This document shows, piece after piece, positions 8,208 through 20,911 of a stretch of DNA of 23,905 bases. Source of the DNA: a virus; the UHGV virus genome UHGV-0095783. One strand, 5' to 3'. The notes below the pieces were generated by a model. That model was not told the origin of the DNA. It did not search any database and saw only the letters and a program-made list of their open reading frames with translations. Positions within the stretch are counted from its first letter, which is position 1, and each line of letters opens with the position of its first letter. Made by a program: the position numbers and the translations under genes.

Positions 8208-8705
8208 ATGAAATCATTAACCCTCTTCAATCAACCAATTCGTATCGGTGAAGATGGCATGATCTGCCTCACTGATATGTGGAAAGCCAGTGGTAAAAGT
8301 GAATCTGAATCGCCTTACCACTACCTGCGAAACAAGCAGACCAAAGAGTTCTTAGCCGAGCTGGAGAAAAACCACGAATCTGTGGTTTTTACTGAGCGCG
8401 GTGTACACGGTGGAACATATGGCGGGAAGTTTGTTGCTTACGATTATGCGGCTTGGTTAAACCCCGGGTTCAAGTACGCGGCCTATAAAGTCCTCGATGA
8501 CTACTTCACCGGAGAACTTCAGCATCGCAACAGCTTAAGTGCGCAGCTCAACATGAAATGTCATGAGTTTGACCAGAAGAAAGACATGGCGAGCTTCTGC
8601 GGACAAGGGCTGGCAGCATGGCGCTATACGAAGCCAGTGTTGGTCGCTGAGATTAACTCCCTGGCTAACCAGCTGCAGATTACGATCCCCGGGCTTCCGG
8701 GATGA
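8208..8705 (+). CDS. KilA-N domain-containing protein (accessory gene)
   Basis: 165-aa ORF; N-terminal region (…IRIGEDGMICLTDMWKASGKSES…YLRNKQTKEFLAEL…) fits the KilA-N DNA-binding domain pattern as recalled. Lies between the lysis cassette and cos, where lambda has bor on the opposite strand. Confidence 0.55.
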   Translation: MKSLTLFNQPIRIGEDGMICLTDMWKASGKSESESPYHYLRNKQTKEFLAELEKNHESVVFTERGVHGGTYGGKFVAYDYAAWLNPGFKYAAYKVLDDYFTGELQHRNSLSAQLNMKCHEFDQKKDMASFCGQGLAAWRYTKPVLVAEINSLANQLQITIPGLPG

Positions 8706-8971
8706 GTGATCGTGTCATTGAATGCGCCTCCAGAGCGGGGCGCGACTTCTCAGAGTTCATGAAAGGCGAGAAGGGCATGATGGAAGCATTGGCCTCGGTG
8801 GATGAGTTTGGCGAGCAGCTGCGCCTCAACGGCTGTGTCAATCATCACTTTGTTAGCTACATGATGCGGAACTCGATCATGCAGGCATTCATGGACATGG
8901 CAAAAGCCGAGAGGAAAGAAGAGCGCCGGCGTAAGCGAGCGGAAGCAAAAGCAAAAGCAAAAGTGAAGTAG
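8702..8971 (+). CDS. hypothetical protein (89 aa) translationally coupled to the KilA-N gene
   Basis: ATG 8702 overlaps the upstream stop (ATGA). Highly basic/acidic C-terminal tail (KAERKEERRRKRAEAKAKAKVK). No recognised family. Confidence 0.5.
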   Translation: MSDRVIECASRAGRDFSEFMKGEKGMMEALASVDEFGEQLRLNGCVNHHFVSYMMRNSIMQAFMDMAKAERKEERRRKRAEAKAKAKVK

Positions 8972-8979
8972 CCATTACA

Positions 8980-9001
8980 AAGCCCATCTACGGGTGGGCT
9001 T
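8980..9001. other. stem-loop after the 89-aa gene (no U-tract)
   Basis: 7-bp stem aagccca/tgggctt with an 8-nt loop, 9 nt after the stop; no T-run on either strand. Confidence 0.4.
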
Positions 9002-9465
9002 GATAATGAAACCGGAATTTATTCTGGGCCACCAGTTAACGGCAGTACCACGAAACAACCCAAGCCAGTAAGTGGGGAAATAACACTGGCAGCCACTGAA
9101 AGATGAACCTCCTGCCTTATGGCAAAAAAGATTCTTTGTGGTGGCGGACTGATGGAAAGACATCGGTTATTGCAGAGGCCATTCAATGAGTGGTCTCGAC
9201 AATGGCTTATACCCTACACGGGATAACTTAACTGATATCCCTTTTAACGGATAAAGGTATTCAAGCCTGACACATCATGCGCTGTATCGTCGCCGTATTC
9301 CCGCATTAACCATGACCGTAGCCCGACGGGGAATTCCTTCTGCGTGAGTGTGCGGGAATAATCAAAAACGATGCACACCGGGTTATTAACGCGTCAACTG
9401 AACGCGGGGTTGCTCTTCATGTCAGCCAGTCCGGTGCAGGGGTAGAAGAAACCGGACGTTATGGT

Positions 9466-9876
9466 TTAGTGTGGAAACATTTGTGATGTGCTCTGTATGT
9501 TTTCAGTAAAGAGTAATGAATTATCAAAGGTATAGTAATATCTTTTTTGTTCGTGGATATTTGTAACCCACCGAAAAACTCCTGCTTTAGCAAGGTTTCT
9601 TCTGTATTCCTGAAATGTGATCTCTCTGGATTTCAGCTTATTAGAGGTCGTTTCTATAAGATGCCTATCCTTTGAAAATTTGACAGACACAATGTTTTTT
9701 AGGCCCTTTAATAACACTGTATTATCATTTTTTAATACAATATGAACATTCTCTGTGGCTAAATAGTAAATGTAATGTGAGACATTGTGACGTTTTAGCT
9801 CAGAATAAAACCATTGATAGTTTAAATCGTTTCGAACTTTATCAAATATTTGTTTAAAAATGACTACCTGATCCAT
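9466..9876 (-). CDS. DUF1398-like protein (E. coli prophage YbcV/YdfO family), AT-rich accessory gene
   Basis: Minus-strand ORF in a markedly AT-rich block. ATG at 9876 has SD GGAAGG 7 nt upstream, giving 136 aa; the track's 141-aa start at 9891 has no SD. Family call rests on recalled E. coli prophage proteins and the position beside cos. Confidence 0.55.
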   Translation of the reverse strand: MDQVVIFKQIFDKVRNDLNYQWFYSELKRHNVSHYIYYLATENVHIVLKNDNTVLLKGLKNIVSVKFSKDRHLIETTSNKLKSREITFQEYRRNLAKAGVFRWVTNIHEQKRYYYTFDNSLLFTENIQSTSQMFPH

Positions 9877-9933
9877 AGATAAACCTTCCATGTGATATGA
9901 GGGGGCGTAGTCTGCACGATTATCTAAATTGCT

Positions 9934-10167
9934 TCAATCTGGTCTGACCTGTTTTCTGAGCAATTCAGTAATGTCACTCTTTTCTTTGTTTGCTTCAGGA
10001 GAAACTCTTTTTTCTGAGCACAGTCTCCGGCGGCAGGCTTCAATGACCCAGGCTGAGAAATTCCCGGACCCTTTTTGCTCAAGAGCGATGTTAATTTGTT
10101 CAATCATTTGGTTAGGAAAGCGGATGTTGCGGGTTGTTGTTCTGCGGGTTCTGTTCTTCGTTGACAT
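9934..10167 (-). CDS. small RHH-like protein (E. coli prophage YlcI/YnfO family)
   Basis: 77-aa minus-strand ORF, basic N-terminus MSTKNRTRRTTTRNIRFPNQMIEQINIALEQKGSGNFSAWVIEACRRRL consistent with a ribbon-helix-helix fold. Immediately upstream of, and co-oriented with, the DUF1398-like gene (57-nt spacer). Confidence 0.55.
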   Translation of the reverse strand: MSTKNRTRRTTTRNIRFPNQMIEQINIALEQKGSGNFSAWVIEACRRRLCSEKRVSPEANKEKSDITELLRKQVRPD

Positions 10168-10329
10168 GAGGTTGTCCCGTATTCAGTGTCGCTGATTTGT
10201 ATTGTCTGAAGTTGTTTTTACGTTAAGTTGATGCAGATCAATTAATACGATACCTGCGTCATAATTGATTATTTGACGTGGTTTGATGGCGTAGATGCAC
10301 GTTGTGACATGCAGATGATAATTATTATC

Positions 10330-10555
10330 ATTTTGCGGGTCCTTTCCGGCGATCCGACAGGTTACGGGGCGGCGACCTCGCGGGTTTTCGCTATTTATGA
10401 AAATTTTCCGGTTTAAGGCGTTTCCGTTCTTCTTCGTCGTAACTTAATGTTTTTATTTAAAATACCCCCTGAAAAGAAAGGAAACGACAGGTGCTGAAAA
10501 CGAGCTTTTGGGCCTCTGTCGTTTCCTTTCTCTGTTTTTGGCCGTGGAATGAACA
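10330..10555 (+). promoter_or_regulatory. cos: cos packaging site (cosQ-cosN-cosB); cohesive-end sequence at 10367-10378
   Basis: Exact lambda 12-nt cohesive end GGGCGGCGACCT at 10367-10378, preceded by the lambda right-end sequence …gatccgacaggttacg and followed by the lambda left-end sequence up to Nu1, as recalled. Confidence 0.9.
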
Positions 10556-11075
10556 ATGGAAGTCAACAAAAAGCAGCTGGCTGACATTTTCGGTGCGAGT
10601 ATCCGTACCATTCAGAACTGGCAGGAACAGGGAATGCCCGTTCTGCGAGGCGGTGGCAAGGGTAATGAGGTGCTTTATGACTCTGCCGCCGTCATAAAAT
10701 GGTATGCCGAAAGGGATGCTGAAATTGAGAACGAAAAGCTGCGCCGGGAAGTTGAAGAACTGCGGCAGGCCAGCGAGACAGATCTCCAGCCAGGGACTAT
10801 TGAGTACGAACGCCATCGACTTACGCGTGCGCAGGCCGACGCACAGGAGCTGAAAAATGCCAGAGACTCCGCTGAAGTGGTGGAAACCGCATTCTGTACT
10901 TTCGTGCTGTCGCGGATCGCAGGTGAAATTGCCAGTATTCTCGACGGGATCCCCCTGTCGGTGCAGCGGCGTTTTCCGGAACTGGAAAACCGACATGTTG
11001 ATTTCCTGAAACGGGATATCATCAAAGCCATGAACAAAGCAGCCGCGCTGGATGAACTGATACCGGGGTTGCTGA

Positions 11076-11101
<26 letters not shown>
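10556..11101 (+). CDS. Nu1: terminase small subunit Nu1
   Basis: 181-aa translation essentially identical to lambda Nu1 as recalled. Confidence 0.95.
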
Positions 11102-14782
<3,681 letters not shown>

Positions 14783-14802
<20 letters not shown>

Positions 14803-16102
14803 TCTCCCGCATATTGCCAGCATGGCCTTTAATGAGCCGCTGATGCTTGAACCCGCCTATGCGCGGGTTTTCTTTTGTGCGCTTGCAGGCCAGCTTGGGA
14901 TCAGCCGCCTGACGGATGCAGTATCCGGCGACAGCCTGACTGCCGGAGAGGCACCCGCGGCGCTGGCGTTATCCGGTGATGATGACGGACCACGACAGGC
15001 CCGCAGTTATCAGGTCATGAACGGCATCGCCGTGCTGCCGGTGTCCGGTACGCTGGTCAGCCGGACGCGGGCGCTGCAGCCGTATTCGGGAATGACCGGT
15101 TACAACGGCATTATCGCCCGTCTGCAACAGGCTGCCAGCGATCCGATGGTGGACGGCATTCTGCTGGATATGGACACACCGGGCGGGATGGTGGCGGGAG
15201 CATTTGACTGTGCTGACATCATCGCCCGTGTGCGTGACATAAAGCCGGTATGGGCGCTGGCCAACGACATGAACTGCAGTGCAGGTCAGCTGCTTGCCAG
15301 CGCCGCCTCCCGGCGTCTGGTCACGCAGACCGCCCGGACAGGCTCCATCGGCGTCATGATGGCTCACAGTAATTACGGTGCTGCGCTGGAGAAACAGGGC
15401 GTGGAAATCACGCTGATTTACAGCGGCAGCCATAAGGTGGATGGCAACCCCTACAGCCATCTACCGGATGATGTCCGGGAAACACTGCAGTCCCGGATGG
15501 ATGCAACCCGCCGGATGTTTGCACAGAAGGTGTCGGCATATACCGGCCTGTCCGTGCAGGCTGTGCTGGATACCGAGGCTGCAGTGTACAGCGGTCAGGA
15601 GGCCATTGATGCCGGACTGGCTGATGAACTTGTGAACAGTACCGATGCGATCACCGTCATGCGTGATGCACTGGATGCACGTAAATCCCGTCTCTCAGGA
15701 GGGCGAATGACCAAAGAGACTCAATCAACAACTGTTTCAGCCACTGCTTCGCAGGCTGACGTTACTGGCGTGGTGCAAGCGACGGAGGGCGAGAACGCCA
15801 GCGCTGCGCAGCCGGACGTGAACGCGCAGATCACCGCAGCGGTTGCGGCAGAAAACAGTCGCATTATGGGGATCCTCAACTGTGAGGAGGCTCACGGACG
15901 CGAAGAACAGGCATGCGTGCTGGCCGAAACCCCCGGTATGACCGTGGAAACGGCCCGCCGTATTCTGGCCGCAGCACCACAGAGTGCACAGGCGCGCAGT
16001 GACACTGCGCTGGATCGTCTGATGCAGGGGGCACCGGCACCGCTGGCTGCAGGTAACCCGGCATCTGATGCCGTTAACGATTTGCTGAACACACCAGTGT
16101 AA
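14783..16102 (+). CDS. C: head protease / minor capsid protein C
   Basis: GTG start at 14783 gives (M)TAELRNLPHIASMAF…, matching lambda gpC as recalled; the track ORF extends further upstream in the same frame. Confidence 0.9.
15497..16102 (+). CDS. Nu3: scaffolding protein Nu3 (in-frame internal start within C)
   Basis: In-frame ATG at 15497 corresponds to the lambda Nu3 start position. Assigned by lambda analogy only. Confidence 0.7.
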   Translation: MDATRRMFAQKVSAYTGLSVQAVLDTEAAVYSGQEAIDAGLADELVNSTDAITVMRDALDARKSRLSGGRMTKETQSTTVSATASQADVTGVVQATEGENASAAQPDVNAQITAAVAAENSRIMGILNCEEAHGREEQACVLAETPGMTVETARRILAAAPQSAQARSDTALDRLMQGAPAPLAAGNPASDAVNDLLNTPV

Positions 16103-16111
16103 GGGATGTTT

Positions 16112-16444
16112 ATGACGAGCAAAGAAACCTTTACCCATTACCAGCCGCTGGGCAACAGTGACCCGGCTCATACCGCAACCGCGCCCGGCGGATTGAGTGC
16201 GAAAGCGCCTGCAATGACCCCGCTGATGCTGGACACCTCCACCCGTAAGCTGGTTGCGTGGGATGGCACCACCGACGGTGCTGCCGTTGGCATTCTGGCG
16301 GTTGATGCTGACCAGACCAGCACCACGCTGACGTTCTACAAGTCCGGCACGTTCCGTTATGAGGATGTGCTCTGGCCGGAGGCTGCCAGCGACGAGACGA
16401 AAAAACGGACCGCGTTTGCCGGAACGGCAATCAGCATCGTTTAA
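16112..16444 (+). CDS. D: head decoration protein D
   Basis: [27 protein letters not shown]… matches lambda gpD as recalled; SD aaggga upstream. Confidence 0.9.
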   Translation: MTSKETFTHYQPLGNSDPAHTATAPGGLSAKAPAMTPLMLDTSTRKLVAWDGTTDGAAVGILAVDADQTSTTLTFYKSGTFRYEDVLWPEAASDETKKRTAFAGTAISIV

Positions 16445-16461
16445 CTTTACCCTTCATCACT

Positions 16462-16486
16462 AAAGGCCGCCTGTGCGGCTTTTTTT
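16462..16486 (+). other. terminator-like hairpin between D and E
   Basis: 5-bp GC stem gccgc/gcggc with ctgt loop, followed by a T7 run (16480-16486). Confidence 0.4.
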
Positions 16487-16499
16487 ACGGGATTTTTTT

Positions 16500-17525
16500 A
16501 TGTCGATGTACACAACCGCCCAGCTGCTGGCGGCAAATGAGCAGAAATTTAAGTTTGATCCGCTGTTTCTGCGTCTCTTTTTCCGTGAGAGCTATCCCTT
16601 CACTACGGAGAAAGTCTATCTCTCACAAATTCCGGGACTGGTAAACATGGCGCTGTACGTTTCGCCGATTGTTTCCGGTGAGGTTATCCGTTCCCGTGGC
16701 GGCTCCACCTCTGAATTTACGCCGGGATATGTCAAGCCGAAGCATGAAGTGAATCCGCAGATGACCCTGCGTCGCCTGCCGGATGAAGATCCGCAGAATC
16801 TGGCGGACCCGGCTTACCGCCGCCGTCGCATCATCATGCAGAACATGCGTGACGAAGAGCTGGCCATTGCTCAGGTCGAAGAGATGCAGGCAGTTTCTGC
16901 CGTGCTCAAGGGCAAATACACCATGACCGGTGAAGCCTTCGATCCGGTTGAGGTGGATATGGGCCGCAGTGCGGCGAACAACATCACGCAGTCCGGCGGC
17001 ACGGAGTGGAGCAAGCGTGACAAGTCCACGTATGACCCGACCGACGATATCGAAGCCTACGCGCTGAACGCCAGCGGCGTGGTGAATATCATCGTGTTTG
17101 ACCCGAAAGGCTGGGCGCTGTTCCGTTCCTTCAAAGCCGTCAGGGAGAAGCTGGATACCCGTCGCGGCTCTCATTCCGAACTGGAGACAGCGGTAAAAGA
17201 CCTGGGCGAAGCGGTGTCCTATAAGGGGATGTATGGCGATACGGCGATCGTCGTGTATTCCGGACAGTACGTGGAAAACGGCGTCAAAAAGAACTTCCTG
17301 CCGGACAACACGATGGTGCTGGGGAACACTCAGGCACGCGGTCTGCGCACCTATGGCTGCATTCAGGATGCGGACGCACAGCGCGAAGGTATTAACGCCT
17401 CTGCCCGCTACCCGAAAAACTGGGTGACCACCGGCGATCCGGCGCGTGAGTTCACCATGATTCAGTCAGCACCGCTGATGCTGCTGGCTGATCCTGATGA
17501 GTTCGTGTCCGTTCAACTGGCGTAA
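16500..17525 (+). CDS. E: major capsid protein E
   Basis: MSMYTTAQLLAANEQKFKFDPLFLRLFFRESYPF… matches lambda gpE as recalled; the track ORF opens upstream at 16473 in the same frame. Confidence 0.95.
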   Translation: MSMYTTAQLLAANEQKFKFDPLFLRLFFRESYPFTTEKVYLSQIPGLVNMALYVSPIVSGEVIRSRGGSTSEFTPGYVKPKHEVNPQMTLRRLPDEDPQNLADPAYRRRRIIMQNMRDEELAIAQVEEMQAVSAVLKGKYTMTGEAFDPVEVDMGRSAANNITQSGGTEWSKRDKSTYDPTDDIEAYALNASGVVNIIVFDPKGWALFRSFKAVREKLDTRRGSHSELETAVKDLGEAVSYKGMYGDTAIVVYSGQYVENGVKKNFLPDNTMVLGNTQARGLRTYGCIQDADAQREGINASARYPKNWVTTGDPAREFTMIQSAPLMLLADPDEFVSVQLA

Positions 17526-17566
17526 TCATGGCCCTTCGGGGCCATTTTCTCTCTGTGGAGGAGTCC

Positions 17567-17962
17567 ATGACGAAAGATGAACTGATTGCCCGTCTCCGGT
17601 CGCTGGGTGAGCAACTGAACCGTGATGTCAGCCTGACGGGGACGAAAGAAGAACTGGCGCTCCGTGTGGCAGAGCTGGAAGAGGAGCTTGATGACAAGGA
17701 TGACGCAGCCGGTCAGGACACGTCTGTCAGCCCGGAAAATGCGCTGACCGGACATGAAAATGAGGTTGTATCAGCGCAGCCGGATACCGTGACTGATACG
17801 GCTGATCTGGTCACGGTTGTGGCACTGGTGACGCTGCATACCGATGCACTTCACGCCACGCGGGATGAGGCTGTGGCATTTGTGCTGCCGGGAACGGCGT
17901 TCCGTGTCTCTGCCGGTGTGGCAGCCGAAATGACAGAACGTGGCCTGGCCAGAATGCAATAA
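17567..17962 (+). CDS. FI: DNA packaging protein FI
   Basis: MTKDELIARLRSLGEQLNRDVSLTGTKEELALRVAEL… matches lambda gpFI as recalled (appears one codon shorter); SD ggagga upstream. Confidence 0.9.
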   Translation: MTKDELIARLRSLGEQLNRDVSLTGTKEELALRVAELEEELDDKDDAAGQDTSVSPENALTGHENEVVSAQPDTVTDTADLVTVVALVTLHTDALHATRDEAVAFVLPGTAFRVSAGVAAEMTERGLARMQ

Positions 17963-17973
17963 CGGGAGGCGCT

Positions 17974-18327
17974 GTGGCTGATTTCGATAACCTGTTCGAT
18001 GCTGCCATTGCCCGCGCCGATGAAACGATACGCGGGTACATGGGAACGTCAGCCACCATGACATCCGGTGAGCAGTCCGGTGCTGTGATACGTGGTGTTT
18101 TTGATGACCCTGAAAATATCAGCTATGCCGGACAGGGCGTGCGCGTTGAAGGCTCCAGCCCGTCCCTGTTTGTCCGGACTGATGATGTGCGGCAGCTGCG
18201 GCGCGGCGACACGCTGACCATCGGTGAGGAAAACTTCTGGATAGACCGGATTTCGCCGGATGATGGCGGAAGCTGTCATCTCTGGCTTGGGCGGGGCGTA
18301 CCGCCTGCCGTTAACCGTCGCCGCTGA
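17974..18327 (+). CDS. FII: head completion protein FII
   Basis: 117-aa translation matches lambda gpFII as recalled. Confidence 0.9.
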   Translation: MADFDNLFDAAIARADETIRGYMGTSATMTSGEQSGAVIRGVFDDPENISYAGQGVRVEGSSPSLFVRTDDVRQLRRGDTLTIGEENFWIDRISPDDGGSCHLWLGRGVPPAVNRRR

Positions 18328-18338
18328 AAGGGGGATGT

Positions 18339-18917
18339 ATGGCCATAAAAGGTCTTGAGCAGGCCGTTGAAAACCTCAGCCGTATCAGCAAAACGGCGGT
18401 GCCTGGTGCCGCCGCAATGGCCATTAACCGCGTTGCTTCATCCGCGATATCGCAGTCGGCGTCACAGGTTGCCCGTGAGACAAAGGTACGCCGGAAACTG
18501 GTAAAGGAAAGGGCCAGGCTGAAAAGGGCCACGGTCAAAAATCCGCAGGCCAGAATCAAAGTTAACCGGGGGGATTTGCCCGTAATCAAGCTGGGTAATG
18601 CGCGGGTTGTCCTTTCGCGCCGCAGGCGTCGTAAAAAGGGGCAGCGTTCATCCCTGAAAGGTGGCGGCAGCGTGCTTGTGGTGGGTAACCGTCGTATTCC
18701 CGGCGCGTTTATTCAGCAACTGAAAAATGGCCGGTGGCATGTCATGCAGCGTGTGGCCGGGAAAAACCGTTACCCCATTGATGTGGTGAAAATCCCGATG
18801 GCGGTGCCGCTGACCACGGCGTTTAAACAAAATATTGAGCGGATACGGCGTGAACGTCTTCCGAAAGAGCTGGGCTATGCGCTGCAGCATCAACTGAGGA
18901 TGGTAATAAAGCGATGA
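18339..18917 (+). CDS. Z: tail completion protein Z
   Basis: 192-aa translation matches lambda gpZ as recalled. Confidence 0.9.
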   Translation: MAIKGLEQAVENLSRISKTAVPGAAAMAINRVASSAISQSASQVARETKVRRKLVKERARLKRATVKNPQARIKVNRGDLPVIKLGNARVVLSRRRRRKKGQRSSLKGGGSVLVVGNRRIPGAFIQQLKNGRWHVMQRVAGKNRYPIDVVKIPMAVPLTTAFKQNIERIRRERLPKELGYALQHQLRMVIKR

Positions 18918-19309
18918 AACATACTGAACTCCGTGCAGCCGTACTGGATGCACTGGAGAAGCATGACACCGGGGCGACGTTTTTTGATGGTCGCCCCGCT
19001 GTTTTTGATGAGGCGGATTTTCCGGCAGTTGCCGTTTATCTCACCGGCGCTGAATACACGGGCGAAGAGCTGGACAGCGATACCTGGCAGGCGGAGCTGC
19101 ATATCGAAGTTTTCCTGCCTGCTCAGGTGCCGGATTCAGAGCTGGATGCGTGGATGGAGTCCCGGATTTATCCGGTGATGAGCGATATCCCGGCACTGTC
19201 AGATTTGATCACCAGTATGGTGGCCAGCGGCTATGACTACCGGCGCGACGATGATGCGGGCCTGTGGAGTTCAGCCGATCTGACTTATGTCATTACCTAT
19301 GAAATGTGA
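18914..19309 (+). CDS. U: tail terminator protein U
   Basis: 131-aa translation matches lambda gpU as recalled. Confidence 0.9.
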
Positions 19310-19316
19310 GGACGCT

Positions 19317-20057
19317 ATGCCTGTACCAAATCCTACAATGCCGGTGAAAGGTGCCGGGACCACCCTGTGGGTTTATAAGGGGAGCGGTGACCCTTATGCG
19401 AATCCGCTTTCAGACGTTGACTGGTCGCGTCTGGCAAAAGTTAAAGACCTGACGCCCGGCGAACTGACCGCTGAGTCCTATGACGACAGCTATCTCGATG
19501 ATGAAGATGCAGACTGGACTGCGACCGGGCAGGGGCAGAAATCTGCCGGAGATACCAGCTTCACGCTGGCGTGGATGCCCGGAGAGCAGGGGCAGCAGGC
19601 GCTGCTGGCGTGGTTTAATGAAGGCGATACCCGTGCCTATAAAATCCGCTTCCCGAACGGCACGGTCGATGTGTTCCGTGGCTGGGTCAGCAGTATCGGT
19701 AAGGCGGTGACGGCGAAGGAAGTGATCACCCGCACGGTGAAAGTCACCAATGTGGGACGTCCGTCGATGGCAGAAGATCGCAGCACGGTAACAGCGGCAA
19801 CCGGCATGACCGTGACGCCTGCCAGCACCTCGGTGGTGAAAGGGCAGAGCACCACGCTGACCGTGGCCTTCCAGCCGGAGGGCGTAACCGACAAGAGCTT
19901 TCGTGCGGTGTCTGCGGATAAAACAAAAGCCACCGTGTCGGTCAGTGGTATGACCATCACCGTGAACGGCGTTGCTGCAGGCAAGGTCAACATTCCGGTT
20001 GTATCCGGTAATGGTGAGTTTGCTGCGGTTGCAGAAATTACCGTCACCGCCAGTTAA
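19317..20057 (+). CDS. V: major tail tube protein V
   Basis: Starts [30 protein letters not shown]…, matching lambda gpV as recalled, including the C-terminal Ig-like region. Confidence 0.95.
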
Positions 20058-20072
20058 TCCGGAGAGTCAGCG

Positions 20073-20495
20073 ATGTTCCTGAAAACCGAATCATTTGAAC
20101 ATAACGGTGTGACCGTCACGCTTTCTGAACTGTCAGCCCTGCAGCGCATTGAGCATCTCGCCCTGATGAAACGGCAGGCAGAACAGGCGGAGTCAGACAG
20201 CAACCGGAAGTTTACTGTGGAAGACGCCATCAGAACCGGCGCGTTTCTGGTGGCGATGTCCCTGTGGCATAACCATCCGCAGAAGACGCAGATGCCGTCC
20301 ATGAATGAAGCCGTTAAACAGATTGAGCAGGAAGTGCTTACCACCTGGCCCACGGAGGCAATTTCTCATGCTGAAAACGTGGTGTACCGGCTGTCTGGTA
20401 TGTATGAGTTTGTGGTGAATAATGCCCCTGAACAGACAGAGGACGCCGGGCCCGCAGAGCCTGTTTCTGCGGGAAAGTGTTCGACGGTGAGCTGA
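20073..20495 (+). CDS. G: tail assembly chaperone G
   Basis: 140-aa translation matches lambda gpG as recalled. Confidence 0.9.
   Translation: MFLKTESFEHNGVTVTLSELSALQRIEHLALMKRQAEQAESDSNRKFTVEDAIRTGAFLVAMSLWHNHPQKTQMPSMNEAVKQIEQEVLTTWPTEAISHAENVVYRLSGMYEFVVNNAPEQTEDAGPAEPVSAGKCSTVS
20471..20477 (+). promoter_or_regulatory. -1 programmed ribosomal frameshift slippery heptamer for the G-T fusion
   Basis: G GGA AAG in the G frame at 20471-20477, 18 nt before the G stop; the -1 frame continues as VFDGELSF… (T). Confidence 0.75.
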
Positions 20496-20911
20496 GTTTT
20501 GCCCTGAAACTGGCGCGTGAGATGGGGCGACCCGACTGGCGTGCCATGCTTGCCGGGATGTCATCCACGGAGTATGCCGACTGGCACCGCTTTTACAGTA
20601 CCCATTATTTTCATGATGTTCTGCTGGATATGCACTTTTCCGGGCTGACGTACACCGTGCTCAGCCTGTTTTTCAGCGATCCGGATATGCATCCGCTGGA
20701 TTTCAGTCTGCTGAACCGGCGCGAGGCTGACGAAGAGCCTGAAGATGATGTGCTGATGCAGAAAGCGGCAGGGCTTGCCGGAGGTGTCCGCTTTGGCCCG
20801 GACGGGAATGAAGTTATCCCCGCTTCCCCGGATGTGGCGGACATGACGGAGGATGACGTAATGCTGATGACAGTATCAGAAGGGATCGCAGGAGGAGTCC
20901 GGTATGGCTGA
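20477..20911 (+). CDS. T: tail assembly protein T, expressed as a G-T fusion by -1 frameshift
   Basis: -1 frame ORF overlapping the end of G; translation matches lambda gpT as recalled. No independent start is expected. Confidence 0.85.
   Translation: MFDGELSFALKLAREMGRPDWRAMLAGMSSTEYADWHRFYSTHYFHDVLLDMHFSGLTYTVLSLFFSDPDMHPLDFSLLNRREADEEPEDDVLMQKAAGLAGGVRFGPDGNEVIPASPDVADMTEDDVMLMTVSEGIAGGVRYG

Noticed and set aside
8975-9163. Minus-strand 62-aa ORF in the gap after the KilA-N cassette
   Set aside because: No SD, Cys/Trp-rich unstructured translation, no family resemblance. The short + strand ORFs here (21 and 36 aa) also lack support.
9929-10195. + strand 88-aa ORF ([13 protein letters not shown]…)
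   Set aside because: It overlaps the minus-strand 77-aa RHH-like gene almost exactly. The minus-strand product has a recognisable fold and family resemblance, while the + strand product is hydrophobic, low-complexity and has no SD.
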